Origin: Patescibacteria group bacterium
Lineage (GTDB): Bacteria > Patescibacteriota > Patescibacteriia > UBA2591 > UBA6264
NCBI GenBank assembly: GCA_035269445.1
Contig: DATFJC010000015.1
Span: 1-37,838, forward strand
Direction: 5' to 3'
Length of the DNA: 37,838 nucleotides
Part shown: positions 9,336 to 18,145 of the stretch, one piece after another
Layout of the letters: each line of letters starts with the position of its first letter
How positions within the stretch are numbered: position 1 is the stretch's first letter
The notes under the pieces: model-generated
Database searches by the model: none
The model's input: the letters and a program-made list of their open reading frames with translations, nothing else
Told to the model about the DNA's origin: nothing
Translations under genes and position numbers: made by a program

Positions 9336-9384
9336 TTAATTAAGGTTTAAATTAAAAATTTAGATATAATTAAAGAAACCCTTT

Positions 9385-9933
9385 ATGATAAAAAAAAGAT
9401 GTTTTATAGCCTTTAATCTATCTAAAAAAGTAAAGGATAAAATTTTTAATTGGAGCAAAAATTATAGAAAAAGGTTTATTAATGCAAAATGGGTAGACAA
9501 AGAAAATTTACACATAACAGATCATTTTTTAGGTTATTTAGAAAAAGCTAAGATTGAAAAAGTAGGGGAGGTGTTGAAAAATATAAAAAAACCAGATAAT
9601 ATAAAAATTAAAGTTAAAAAAATAGATTGCTTTCCTAAAAAAGAACGAACTAGAGTATTATTTTTAAAGGTAATGGAAAGAAATAATCTCTTAGAAAATC
9701 TTCATAAAAGAGTTGAAAGGGCCCTTGTTAGTAAAATTGATTATAAGCCTAGTAAGAAAATTTGGGTGCCCCATATAACGCTAGCTAGATTCAAAAAGCC
9801 AAAAAAAATTACTTTAGATTATTTTAACGATTTTAATGGGGAAGATTTAATTGAATCAATTGATTTAATGGAAAGTAAATTATCGCCCAAAGGTCCAAAA
9901 TATTTTATTTTAAAAAAATATCAATTTAATTAA
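9385..9933 (+). CDS. thpR: RNA 2',3'-cyclic phosphodiesterase / 2'-5' RNA ligase family (2H phosphoesterase)
   Basis: Two H-x-T/S motifs at the expected spacing (NLHITDHFLG and VPHITLARF). Length 182 aa. Confidence 0.8.
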   Translation: MIKKRCFIAFNLSKKVKDKIFNWSKNYRKRFINAKWVDKENLHITDHFLGYLEKAKIEKVGEVLKNIKKPDNIKIKVKKIDCFPKKERTRVLFLKVMERNNLLENLHKRVERALVSKIDYKPSKKIWVPHITLARFKKPKKITLDYFNDFNGEDLIESIDLMESKLSPKGPKYFILKKYQFN

Positions 9934-9946
9934 AAGTTATATTATT

Positions 9947-10381
9947 ATGAGATTTAATCTTGAAAGTTTTTATCCTGAGGATAAAAAAAACCAAATAGAA
10001 AAAAAAGAAAAAGCTATTAATTCTGCATCTGAAAAATTATCAAAGTTAATTGAATTAGATGATTTTAGACTTAGCCCTAATGTAAAGAAAAGGTTTGAAA
10101 AAATTATGGATGATACTTTTGATAAATATGGTAGGGTAGAGATAGAATCGGATCGAGTTTTAACAAATGCCTTGGAAAAAATTTACAGAAATAATGGTAG
10201 CTTGATTAACGAAGAATTGAAAAATGTTTATATTGATAAGATAGCCGATGAAATTGCCAATATGGTTGCAGCAGGTCAAGAAGTGCACAAAGCTATTGGC
10301 CAAAAAATGGTAGAGCTAAAAAGAGCTGATATTCGCATTGATAGTAAAAAAGTGGAAAAAGCTGTTAGAGAAAAAATATGA
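9947..10381 (+). CDS. Hypothetical 144-aa protein, predicted helical and charged
   Basis: Open frame in operon context. Its TGA stop overlaps the next ATG (ATGA at 10378-10381). No motif recognised. Confidence 0.55.
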   Translation: MRFNLESFYPEDKKNQIEKKEKAINSASEKLSKLIELDDFRLSPNVKKRFEKIMDDTFDKYGRVEIESDRVLTNALEKIYRNNGSLINEELKNVYIDKIADEIANMVAAGQEVHKAIGQKMVELKRADIRIDSKKVEKAVREKI

Positions 10382-11238
10382 TTTCGGTGATTATAACAAG
10401 CGCCAATGAAAAAAAGACGCTTTTAAAGGCTTTAAATAGGGTTATAAAAAACCTAAAAGAATTAACTTTGGAAAATTGGGAGATTTTAATAGTTTCTCCT
10501 GACAAGGAATCCGGGGAAATGGTTAAAGATATAAATAATCCTAAAATTAAATTTTTAAAGGATAAGGGGGAGGGGAAGCCAGCTGCATTAAATCAAGCTT
10601 TTAAAAAAGTGACAGGGGATTTAATAATACTTACTGATGGAGATGTATATATAGAAGATAAAAGTATTTATTATATTTTAAATTTATTAAATAAAAAAAA
10701 CGTTGGGGCAGTGACGGGTAGGCCTGTAAGCATTTTAAAAAAAAGTAATATATTTGGTTATTGGTCTTATTTTTTAACTAATGCAGCTCATCAAATGCGT
10801 TTAAAAAATAATAGCTTTCCTTGTTCTGGATATTTATATGGCATTAAAAATGTTATACCTGAGATACCAGAAAATTCCCTAGCCGATGATGGTGTTATTA
10901 CTAAAAAGCTAAGAGACAAAGGCTTAAGGGTTAAGTATCAACCTAAAGCTATAGTTTATGTTAAATACCCAAATAACTTTAAGGATTGGTTAAAGCAAAA
11001 AGTTCGCTCTACGGGTGGTTATCTTCAAGATCAGACCAGTAAAGATAGAAGTTTTTTTCAGGAGATAAGACAAGGCATTAAATTATTTTTTAGTTATCCC
11101 AATAATTTAAAAGAGTATTTTTGGACCTTTCTTTTATATTTAGGCAGAATTTATTTATGGTTATTAATATTTTGGAATATAAAGATTAAAAATAAAGATT
11201 TTAAAAAAATATGGCAAAGAATAGAAAGCACAAAATAA
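10378..11238 (+). CDS. Family-2 glycosyltransferase
   Basis: N-terminal ISVIITSANEKKTL (GT-A start) and a DxD motif (LTDGDVY). C-terminal hydrophobic segment (FWTFLLYLGRIYLWLLIFW). Confidence 0.8.
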   Translation: MISVIITSANEKKTLLKALNRVIKNLKELTLENWEILIVSPDKESGEMVKDINNPKIKFLKDKGEGKPAALNQAFKKVTGDLIILTDGDVYIEDKSIYYILNLLNKKNVGAVTGRPVSILKKSNIFGYWSYFLTNAAHQMRLKNNSFPCSGYLYGIKNVIPEIPENSLADDGVITKKLRDKGLRVKYQPKAIVYVKYPNNFKDWLKQKVRSTGGYLQDQTSKDRSFFQEIRQGIKLFFSYPNNLKEYFWTFLLYLGRIYLWLLIFWNIKIKNKDFKKIWQRIESTK

Positions 11239-12707
11239 AAAATATAAGAGTACGATTTGCCCCTTCTCCTACGGGTTATCTTCACATAGGCGGACTAAGA
11301 ACCTACCTTTATAATTGGCTTTTTGCCAAGAAAAATAAGGGAGAGATTATTTTAAGAATAGAAGATACTGATAGGAAGAGATTGGTTGATAAAGCAGTAA
11401 ATAATTTTATTGAAATTTTAAAAAATATAGATTTACCTTGGGACAAGGGTCCAATTTTCCAATCTGAAAATTTAAAAAAATATCAAGAAAAAGTAAAAGA
11501 ATTGGTTGATAAAGGCAGGGCTTATTATTGTTTTTGCTCTAAGGAAAGACTAGATAAATTAAGGGAAAAACAAAAAGAAAATAATTTGCCACCTCGATAT
11601 GATGGACATTGTAGGGATTTAAACCAAAAACAGGTTAAAGATAAAATTGACCAAGGCTTGCCCTATGTTATACGCCTAAAAGTGCCCGAAGATGAAGAGA
11701 ATATTGTTTTTGAAGATGTTATAAGAGGTAAAATTACCTATAATACAGTTGATATAGATGACCAGATTCTTTTAAAATCAGACGGTTGGCCTACTTATCA
11801 TTTAGCAAATGTTATTGATGACCATGATATGAGGATCACTCATGTAATAAGAGGGGAGGAGTGGCTTTCTTCAACCCCAAAACATATAATTTTATATAAT
11901 TTTTTTAATTGGCAGTTACCAAAATTTGTTCATGTTCCCTTATTATTAAACAAAGATCATTCCAAATTATCTAAACGACAAGGAGATGTTTCAGTAGGGG
12001 ACTTTCTTAAAAAGGGATATTTAAAACAGCCTCTTATAAATTTTTTAGCTTTATTGGGTTGGAATCCAGGCACAGAACAAGAGATTTTTACTTTAAATGA
12101 ATTAATTAATAGTTTTTCCTTAAAAAAAATCCAAAAATCTGGAGCAATATTTAATATAGAAAAATTAAACTGGATTAATGGTAGATATATTAGAAAAATG
12201 AATTTAGATGATTTGGTTCATAAGGTTATGCCTTTTTTAAGAACAACCAATTATTTTCAAGAAATTGATAAGGGAAGCTTTAAGGCAATTAATGGTAGGG
12301 AGTTTGATATAAGTTATATTAAAAGTGTGGTTTCCATTCAAAGAAATAGAATGAATACTTTAAAAGATATTATAGATCTTTCTCGATTATTTTTTCAAGA
12401 CATTGATTATTCAAAAGAAATATTAAACTGGAAACTTACGTCTGATAAAAAAACAATAACCAACTTAAAGATAGTTAAAGATGAGTTTGATAAAATTAGC
12501 CTTAAAGAATTTAATGCTAATAAGATACAAGATATTTTAAAAAATTTGGCTGATAAATATGGGACTGGGGATATATTTTGGCCCACAAGAGTGGCTTTGT
12601 CTTGTCAAAAAAATTCTCCTCAACCCAATAAAATAGCTGCAACATTGGGCAAAGAATTAAGTATCAAAAGAATAGAAAAGGCTATTAATAAATTAAAAAA
12701 TGAATAA
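11211..12707 (+). CDS. gltX: Glutamyl-tRNA synthetase
   Basis: Class I HIGH motif (RFAPSPTGYLHIGGLRT) and KMSKS variant (KLSKRQG). 498 aa. Its start overlaps the GT2 gene by 28 nt. Confidence 0.95.
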   Translation: MAKNRKHKIKNIRVRFAPSPTGYLHIGGLRTYLYNWLFAKKNKGEIILRIEDTDRKRLVDKAVNNFIEILKNIDLPWDKGPIFQSENLKKYQEKVKELVDKGRAYYCFCSKERLDKLREKQKENNLPPRYDGHCRDLNQKQVKDKIDQGLPYVIRLKVPEDEENIVFEDVIRGKITYNTVDIDDQILLKSDGWPTYHLANVIDDHDMRITHVIRGEEWLSSTPKHIILYNFFNWQLPKFVHVPLLLNKDHSKLSKRQGDVSVGDFLKKGYLKQPLINFLALLGWNPGTEQEIFTLNELINSFSLKKIQKSGAIFNIEKLNWINGRYIRKMNLDDLVHKVMPFLRTTNYFQEIDKGSFKAINGREFDISYIKSVVSIQRNRMNTLKDIIDLSRLFFQDIDYSKEILNWKLTSDKKTITNLKIVKDEFDKISLKEFNANKIQDILKNLADKYGTGDIFWPTRVALSCQKNSPQPNKIAATLGKELSIKRIEKAINKLKNE

Positions 12708-13938
12708 AAAGATATTATTTTTATTATTAAGCATTTGTCTTGGCCTTTTTTTGTTAAAGGGCAATGTTTTTAGCTTAGAGTTAAATGTGGAGTCTGAAAA
12801 AGTAGATGAAATTAATCAAGAAATTGATAAATATCAACAAGATATTGAAGACTTAAAAGAAGAGGAAGAAATTTATGAACAAAAAATTCAAAATGCAAGA
12901 AAAGATGTTAAAAGTTTAGAAAATGAAATTTATATTTTAAAAACCCAGATTGCTCAGAAAGAGTCAGAGATTAAACGCAAACAAAAAGAAATAGACTCTC
13001 AGACCCTTATTATAGAAAATATTCAGAAAAAGATTTTAAAACAAGAGAAAAAATTACAAGAAATAAAAAATCAAATTAAGCATCTCATTCAAATTTTAAA
13101 TTTATATGACAATAAAAAGCCTCTAGGGATGCTTTTTTTAGAAAATTCTTTATCTCAGGTTTTAAATCAATTTCGTTATTTAAATTCTCTTCACTCTAAA
13201 ATAAATGATTCTCTTAAGGCTTCTAAAACAATCAAAGAAGGATTAGGAGCTTATGAGGTCAACCTAAGAGAGGAGCTGGCTGATTTAGTTAGCTTAAAAA
13301 AAGATTTAAGAGATTCTAGGGCCAGTTTACAAGCCCAGGAGCAAAGCAAAGAACTTATTTTAGATCAAACTAGAGGAGTAGAATGGCGTTTTCAATCTCT
13401 TTTAGCGGATGTTATTAAAAAGCAGGAAAATATAGAAAGGGAGATTAAATCTTTGGAACAACAAGCTAGGAAAGAAATTAAAGAAAAACAAGAAAAGATT
13501 GCTCAAAAATTAATGGAAGAAGAGGGGAGAGTTATATTTTCTTGGCCTGTTCCAAGCACTTTTATAACAGCAACCTTTCATGATCCAGACTATCCCTTTA
13601 GACATTGGTTAGGTGAACACTCTGCCATTGATATAAGAGCATCTCAAGGAACCCCTATACGGGCTCCAGCAGCTGGCTATGTAGCAAGAGCTAAATATGG
13701 TGGAATGGGGTATAGTTATATAATGATTATTCACAATGATGAATTTTCTACCTTATATGGACATGTTAGTGAGTTTTTTGTAGAAGAAGGGGAATATGTT
13801 AAAAGAGGAGACCTTATTGCTAAAAGTGGGGGAATGCCTGGTACTCCTGGCGCTGGCAGATTTTCTACTGGTCCTCATCTTCATTTTGGTGTAAGATTAA
13901 ATGGGGTTCCTGTTAATCCAGAAGATTATTTATTATAA
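12700..13938 (+). CDS. Coiled-coil M23/LytM peptidoglycan metalloendopeptidase (EnvC-like architecture, catalytic residues intact)
   Basis: Signal sequence, about 260 aa of K/E/Q heptad-like coiled coil, then an M23 domain with HSAID (HxxxD), YGHV and GPHLHF (HxH). Confidence 0.9.
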   Translation: MNKKILFLLLSICLGLFLLKGNVFSLELNVESEKVDEINQEIDKYQQDIEDLKEEEEIYEQKIQNARKDVKSLENEIYILKTQIAQKESEIKRKQKEIDSQTLIIENIQKKILKQEKKLQEIKNQIKHLIQILNLYDNKKPLGMLFLENSLSQVLNQFRYLNSLHSKINDSLKASKTIKEGLGAYEVNLREELADLVSLKKDLRDSRASLQAQEQSKELILDQTRGVEWRFQSLLADVIKKQENIEREIKSLEQQARKEIKEKQEKIAQKLMEEEGRVIFSWPVPSTFITATFHDPDYPFRHWLGEHSAIDIRASQGTPIRAPAAGYVARAKYGGMGYSYIMIIHNDEFSTLYGHVSEFFVEEGEYVKRGDLIAKSGGMPGTPGAGRFSTGPHLHFGVRLNGVPVNPEDYLL

Positions 13939-13965
13939 AATTTTTAAATATTTAAATTAATTATT

Positions 13966-14190
13966 ATGTCAGATTTAAATCTTGATACACAAAGTTGGTG
14001 GAGGAGGCAAATTAGCCCAGGCCTTTCTTTTATTATATTAATACTTTTTACTATTTTTGTTCTTCTAATCGGAATATTTTTTGTTAAAGAATATGTTGGA
14101 GCATGGACTGATATAAATGAAGCAAAACAACAAATAGATTATTACCCTGAAAAGCCCACTGGCTTTGGTAAGATGTTTATACCTGATTAA
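13966..14190 (+). CDS. Small single-TM membrane protein (74 aa)
   Basis: Open frame 27 nt after the M23 gene. One hydrophobic helix (GLSFIILILFTIFVLLIGIFFV). Confidence 0.5.
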   Translation: MSDLNLDTQSWWRRQISPGLSFIILILFTIFVLLIGIFFVKEYVGAWTDINEAKQQIDYYPEKPTGFGKMFIPD

Positions 14191-14195
14191 ACCTT

Positions 14196-14270
14196 GCCTT
14201 ATTAGTGGGTGATAATGCAAAAGATAAGTGGTAATGCGTCGCACAAGATACCTTTTACGACCCGCCTAGC
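14196..14270. other. GC-enriched non-coding island with an internal direct repeat (candidate small RNA, protein-binding site or sORF)
   Basis: The 340-nt gap is otherwise extremely AT-rich. This about 75-nt patch is clearly GC-richer and contains AGTGG(GTGA)TAATGC and AGTGGTAATGC 23 nt apart. I could not match it to any RNA family. Confidence 0.2.
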
Positions 14271-14358
14271 TTATTATTATCAATTTAAGCATTTAGGATA
14301 AAGTTATAAATTTATTAATTTTAATTAATTTTATACAAAATAATATATAAAAATCTTT

Positions 14359-14395
14359 AAACTCTTCTTAAATAAAAATAAGGAGAGTTTTTATA
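14359..14395 (+). terminator. Hairpin, possible terminator of the plus-strand operon
   Basis: AAACTCTTCTT, a 10-nt loop, then AAGGAGAGTTT forms an 11-bp stem with one G:U. The stem runs into TTTTT. It lies about 170 nt after the last + CDS. Confidence 0.4.
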
Positions 14396-14458
14396 TAATA
14401 CTATATTAATTATTTTACTAACTAATATACCAATAATATTAAATCTCTAAAATTAAGT

Positions 14459-14489
14459 ATAAAAAAGAAATACCCTTTTATGGGTATTT
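14459..14489 (-). terminator. Intrinsic terminator after ftsQ
   Basis: Minus strand reads AAATACCC-ATAAAA-GGGTATTT followed by CTTTTTTAT. Sits 42 nt after the ftsQ stop. Confidence 0.6.
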
Positions 14490-14530
14490 AGTTAATTTTA
14501 TTTAAGTAAGTTAATTTTATTTAAACATTT

Positions 14531-15556
14531 TTAGTCATATGATTTAAGTTTTTTATTCTCTTCTTTATTTTTATAAAAAACTCTATTATTAAATCTAAGA
14601 TCAATATATTCTAGGTCATTAGTATTTTTTATTTTATTGTGTAAAATAAGCTTTAAATTTTGAACTTGCTTTGTAAAATTGGTTTCAGAATTAAGTTTTA
14701 TGTTCCAGTCATCTTGAGTGAATATATTAATATCAATAACGCCCCCACTCTTTTCTTCTAGGTTTATTTTAGATATAGCAATGTTGTTTTTCTCAAAAAC
14801 ACCAGAATTAATAAAATTAATTATTTTATTGAATAATTCTGAGGCTTTTTTAGACTTAATATTTAAGCTTGTTTTGTCATATATCCAAGGCAGGGTTTCA
14901 ATATTTTCGCTATTTCGCTTATTAAAGGTAATTTTAGGAGTGCTTTCCCTAGAATCTATTTCATTATTAAGGGTTGTTATATGGTTTGTAGGGGTATCTT
15001 TGGGGCTTTTGGGGGGTAATGATGGTCTATTTTTTTGGATTATTTCTCCTTTTGAGCTAATAAAATAGTCATTTCCACCTAAAACTGATAAATTAGCTAC
15101 TGGCTTTGATTCGTCTATGATAAGGTTAATTTCGCATGGTGGGAAGATATCTTTTTCTATTAAAATAGAATTAATTCTAGTATCCTGGCTAAACTCCTTT
15201 TTTATTGTTTTATTTTTTAAAAGAAAAATATTATTTTGTTGGAAAAAGCCCTTTTTTTGGTTGATTTGTTGTCTAATTTTAGATAATATTTCTGGCTTTG
15301 ATGTTAAAAAGGGGCCATTTTTAAAACTAATGGTTGTTTTTTTTATTTTAAATAAAGGGCTTAATAATAAGACATATAAAATAGACAATAGGATAATCAT
15401 GGCTATAGAAATAATAAAGAATCTTTTAATTCTTTTATGCCTTTGTTCTATAAAAGCTGATCTAGTGCTATATTTACGTGAAGCCCTATTGTCATATTTA
15501 TGTTTATTTGGCATGCCATTTAATTTTAGGTTTATAGCTAAAATGCAACTGTTCAA
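14531..15556 (-). CDS. ftsQ: Cell division protein FtsQ/DivIB-like
   Basis: Basic N-terminus, one TM (FFIISIAMIILLSILYVLLL) and a POTRA-like segment (FKIKKTTISFKNGPFLTSKPEILSKI...INLIIDESKPVANL). Immediately downstream of ddl. The start could be M15 (15514); either start overlaps ddl. Confidence 0.7.
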   Translation of the reverse strand: MNSCILAINLKLNGMPNKHKYDNRASRKYSTRSAFIEQRHKRIKRFFIISIAMIILLSILYVLLLSPLFKIKKTTISFKNGPFLTSKPEILSKIRQQINQKKGFFQQNNIFLLKNKTIKKEFSQDTRINSILIEKDIFPPCEINLIIDESKPVANLSVLGGNDYFISSKGEIIQKNRPSLPPKSPKDTPTNHITTLNNEIDSRESTPKITFNKRNSENIETLPWIYDKTSLNIKSKKASELFNKIINFINSGVFEKNNIAISKINLEEKSGGVIDINIFTQDDWNIKLNSETNFTKQVQNLKLILHNKIKNTNDLEYIDLRFNNRVFYKNKEENKKLKSYD

Positions 15557-16583
15557 TGTTTCTAAATCTTTTTAAACCAAGCTTGATTAACTTGTCTAAA
15601 AGTTTGCTATAGGTTAAGCCTGAAGCTTGCCAAAGTTTTGGATACATACTAATAGAGGTAAAGCCTGGCAAGGTATTAATTTCATTTAAAAATATTTCAT
15701 CAGTGTTTTGGGGAATAAGAAAGTCAGCTCTACCCATGCCCTTGCATTCAATTGCCCGGTAGGCCTTTATGGCTATTTTTTGTAGCTTAGCTATTGTTTC
15801 TTTAGGTAATTTTGCAGGTATAATTTCTTTGGTAGCTCCTTTAATATACTTTGACTCATAATCATAAAATTCATTACTTGGTATTACTTCGCCTGGCAAA
15901 GATGCGGCTGGGTTATCGTTTCCCAAAATGCTAACTTCTATATCACGAGCATTTGGAACAGCTTTTTCAATTATAACCTTATTGTCATATCTAGCAGCCC
16001 CGTAAACACCCTTAATGAGTTCATTCTTATTTTTTGCTTTTGAAATACCTACACTGGAGCCCGAATTAGCTGGCTTAACAAAGCAGGGATAGCCTAGAGT
16101 TTTTTCAATGTTTTCAATATAGGTTTTTTGTTTATACTCCCAATCTTTTTTTAAAAACCACTTAAATTTTGTTATGGGTAATTTGTAATTCTCCCAAATT
16201 ATTTTTTGGGCTACCTTGTCCATACCTAGAGCTGAGCCTAAAACATCAGCTCCCACGTAAGGCTTTCTAATACTTTCTAAAAGACCTTGAATTGTTCCAT
16301 CTTCTCCAAATGGGCCATGAAGAACAGGAAAAAATATGTCAATTTCCTTTGTTGATTTTGGTAATGATAAGCGGCGTTTTCTTTTTATCTCCTTTCCCTT
16401 TAAAAGCTTTTTGGCGGTTTTGCCTTGAACCCAATAGCCTTCTTTAGTGATACCGAACAGTTTTATTTTATACTTATTTTTATCTAAAGCATTTAAAATT
16501 GATCTTGCTGATACTAAAGAAACCTCATGTTCAAAAGAGCGTCCTCCAAATATTAAGCCAATTTTTAATTTTTCTTGATTCAT
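15504..16583 (-). CDS. ddl: D-alanine--D-alanine ligase
   Basis: KIGLIFGGRSFEHEVSLVSA, FPVLHGPFGEDGTIQGLLE, an ATP-grasp core (PCFVKPANSGSSVGISK) and C-terminal RADFLI...FLNEINTLPGFT. Confidence 0.95.
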   Translation of the reverse strand: MNQEKLKIGLIFGGRSFEHEVSLVSARSILNALDKNKYKIKLFGITKEGYWVQGKTAKKLLKGKEIKRKRRLSLPKSTKEIDIFFPVLHGPFGEDGTIQGLLESIRKPYVGADVLGSALGMDKVAQKIIWENYKLPITKFKWFLKKDWEYKQKTYIENIEKTLGYPCFVKPANSGSSVGISKAKNKNELIKGVYGAARYDNKVIIEKAVPNARDIEVSILGNDNPAASLPGEVIPSNEFYDYESKYIKGATKEIIPAKLPKETIAKLQKIAIKAYRAIECKGMGRADFLIPQNTDEIFLNEINTLPGFTSISMYPKLWQASGLTYSKLLDKLIKLGLKRFRNIEQLHFSYKPKIKWHAK

Positions 16584-16599
16584 AAAATTTAATAAATAA

Positions 16600-16770
16600 T
16601 TACTTAAAATTTCTTAAAAAAAATATTAATATTACTAATAGGGTTGTTACCCCTATTAGTAATAATATTTTACCAAGTATTAAAATAGTGGGTTTATTTT
16701 TCCCAAATATAAGTAATAAGGCTCCCGTTATAGCTAAAAAAATAAATAATAAAAATCCAGTTAATAACAT
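16600..16770 (-). CDS. Unlisted 56-aa two-TM small membrane protein (MLLTGFLLFIFLAITGALLLIFGKNKPTILILGKILLLLIGVTTLLVILIFFLRNFK)
   Basis: A 57-codon open frame fills the AMMECR1-ddl gap, which is improbable by chance at this AT content. The ATG directly abuts the AMMECR1 stop. No obvious SD. A 14-bp perfect inverted repeat lies inside it. Confidence 0.4.
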   Translation of the reverse strand: MLLTGFLLFIFLAITGALLLIFGKNKPTILILGKILLLIGVTTLLVILIFFLRNFK

Positions 16771-17310
16771 TTAAATAGTGTTAGTAGTAAAAATATATAT
16801 ATTAATATCTCCCTTTTGCCAAGCTCTTTCTTCTAGGCCGGCTTTTTTACATAAGTTGCTCATATAGTCATTAAGGCTCCAGTTTGTTTCTTTGGCTACT
16901 TCTGGTAAATAAACAGCTGTGTTAAATGCCTTTTCTATGTATACGCCATGCTTACCAAGTTTTATTTCTTTTTTAGGCTTATCTATTTTTTTTAAAGATG
17001 ATAAAATCGAGATTTGAATATTTAGATCATCTATTTCTTCTAAGGTTACTGGTAGAAAACGATTGTCTTTTAAGGCAGCTGATATTGCCATATCAGAAAC
17101 TGATTTATAGATTGGTTTTTTATTTTCTTTAACCTTCCCTATACAGCCTCTTAAGCGGTTATTTTTATAAAGGGTAACAAATATGCCTCTTTTTTTATTT
17201 AATTCACTATCAATATTTTCAAAATTCAATTTAACCCCCTCCCCTATTATAGCTTTTTTAATACTTTCTTTTGCAATTTTTTTTAATATTTTTTTATTTT
17301 TATCTTTCAT
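16771..17310 (-). CDS. AMMECR1-domain protein (AmmeMemoRadiSam system protein A)
   Basis: LRGCIG motif and VYLPEVAKETNW (the LPxVA region). 179 aa. Adjacent to Memo-like and radical SAM genes. Confidence 0.85.
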   Translation of the reverse strand: MKDKNKKILKKIAKESIKKAIIGEGVKLNFENIDSELNKKRGIFVTLYKNNRLRGCIGKVKENKKPIYKSVSDMAISAALKDNRFLPVTLEEIDDLNIQISILSSLKKIDKPKKEIKLGKHGVYIEKAFNTAVYLPEVAKETNWSLNDYMSNLCKKAGLEERAWQKGDINIYIFTTNTI

Positions 17311-17316
17311 GTTTTT

Positions 17317-18129
17317 TTAGTTAAAGCTTATGGCTCCATATCCTACAACTTTCGAGTTTCCTCCACTAACATCACCAGAATTTTGGTATTTTATAAAATG
17401 ACCTTCTTTTAGGTTAAGGGCTTTTTTAAGCCTTAAAGCGATTTTAATTGCCTCACTACCACAGGCATAAGTGGCAAATCTTTTAGGTTGTTTTAATCGT
17501 TTATTGAATTTTTCTAAATCACCACTTATTATGCTGGCAATAGTTTTTTGATCTTCTCTTTGAGCTATTTTTTTATTAGGATAATGAGATAAATCTGAAC
17601 TTATTATTACAAGTGTATTTTTGTTTATGTATTGTTTTAAAACATTTACTAATTTTTTATTTTTATCTGGATCAGACTTTCCTATTAAAATAGGAATAAT
17701 TTTAAAATCATCTAATATAACCTCTAAAAATGGTAAAAGAACCTCAATTGAATGTTCATAGTTATGATATCTACTTTCAAATAAAAACTGATCATCTTTA
17801 ATTTCATTTTTAATATTTTCAATAACTTTATTTTCAAGTTTTATTCTACTAATTGGCGTGGCCCAAGTTTTGTTTTCGTCAAAACAGATGCCATTAAAGG
17901 CTCTGTGTGATGGAGCTATTATAATTACCCTATTAATGTTTTTATTTTGGACTTGTTTAAAACCAGCCGCCATTACTTCGCCGCAAAAGCTATAACCAGC
18001 ATGAGGTAGAATTAATATTTTAGGTTCTGGTATATTGTTTTTTACGCTTTTAAGTTCTTCTTTAATTAAGAACTTTAGTTTTTGTTTTTGAGCAGGATAA
18101 AATTGACCTGCCATAATTGGTAAACGCAT
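17317..18129 (-). CDS. MEMO1-family protein (AmmeMemoRadiSam system protein B)
   Basis: Starts MRLPIMAGQFYP. Motifs PHAGYSFCGEVMAAGF and SSDLSHY. I prefer the ATG at 18129 over the track start at 18207, whose extra 26 aa overlap the upstream gene by 62 nt. Confidence 0.85.
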   Translation of the reverse strand: MRLPIMAGQFYPAQKQKLKFLIKEELKSVKNNIPEPKILILPHAGYSFCGEVMAAGFKQVQNKNINRVIIIAPSHRAFNGICFDENKTWATPISRIKLENKVIENIKNEIKDDQFLFESRYHNYEHSIEVLLPFLEVILDDFKIIPILIGKSDPDKNKKLVNVLKQYINKNTLVIISSDLSHYPNKKIAQREDQKTIASIISGDLEKFNKRLKQPKRFATYACGSEAIKIALRLKKALNLKEGHFIKYQNSGDVSGGNSKVVGYGAISFN

Positions 18130-18145
18130 ATTTAAAAAAATTAAC

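Noticed and set aside
14191-14301. Possible riboswitch identity for the GC island (TPP, fluoride, ZTP, guanidine-II)
   Set aside because: Only fragments match: ACCUGAU and UAAUGC (TPP-like), ACCCGCC (fluoride-like), CCGCCU (ZTP-like) and an ACGA tetranucleotide. In each case the rest of the consensus is absent. No plausibly regulated gene lies downstream on either strand, since the gap is convergent.
14491-14524. 15-nt direct repeat GTTAATTTTATTTAA x2 just downstream of the ftsQ stop codon
   Set aside because: Pure A/T low complexity with only two copies. It is more likely a slippage duplication than a functional repeat or CRISPR-like element.
14718-15575. Two plus-strand ORFs (116 aa and 152 aa) opposite ftsQ/ddl
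   Set aside because: Hydrophobic low-complexity shadow frames. The minus-strand frame gives an FtsQ-like TM plus POTRA protein in the expected position after ddl.
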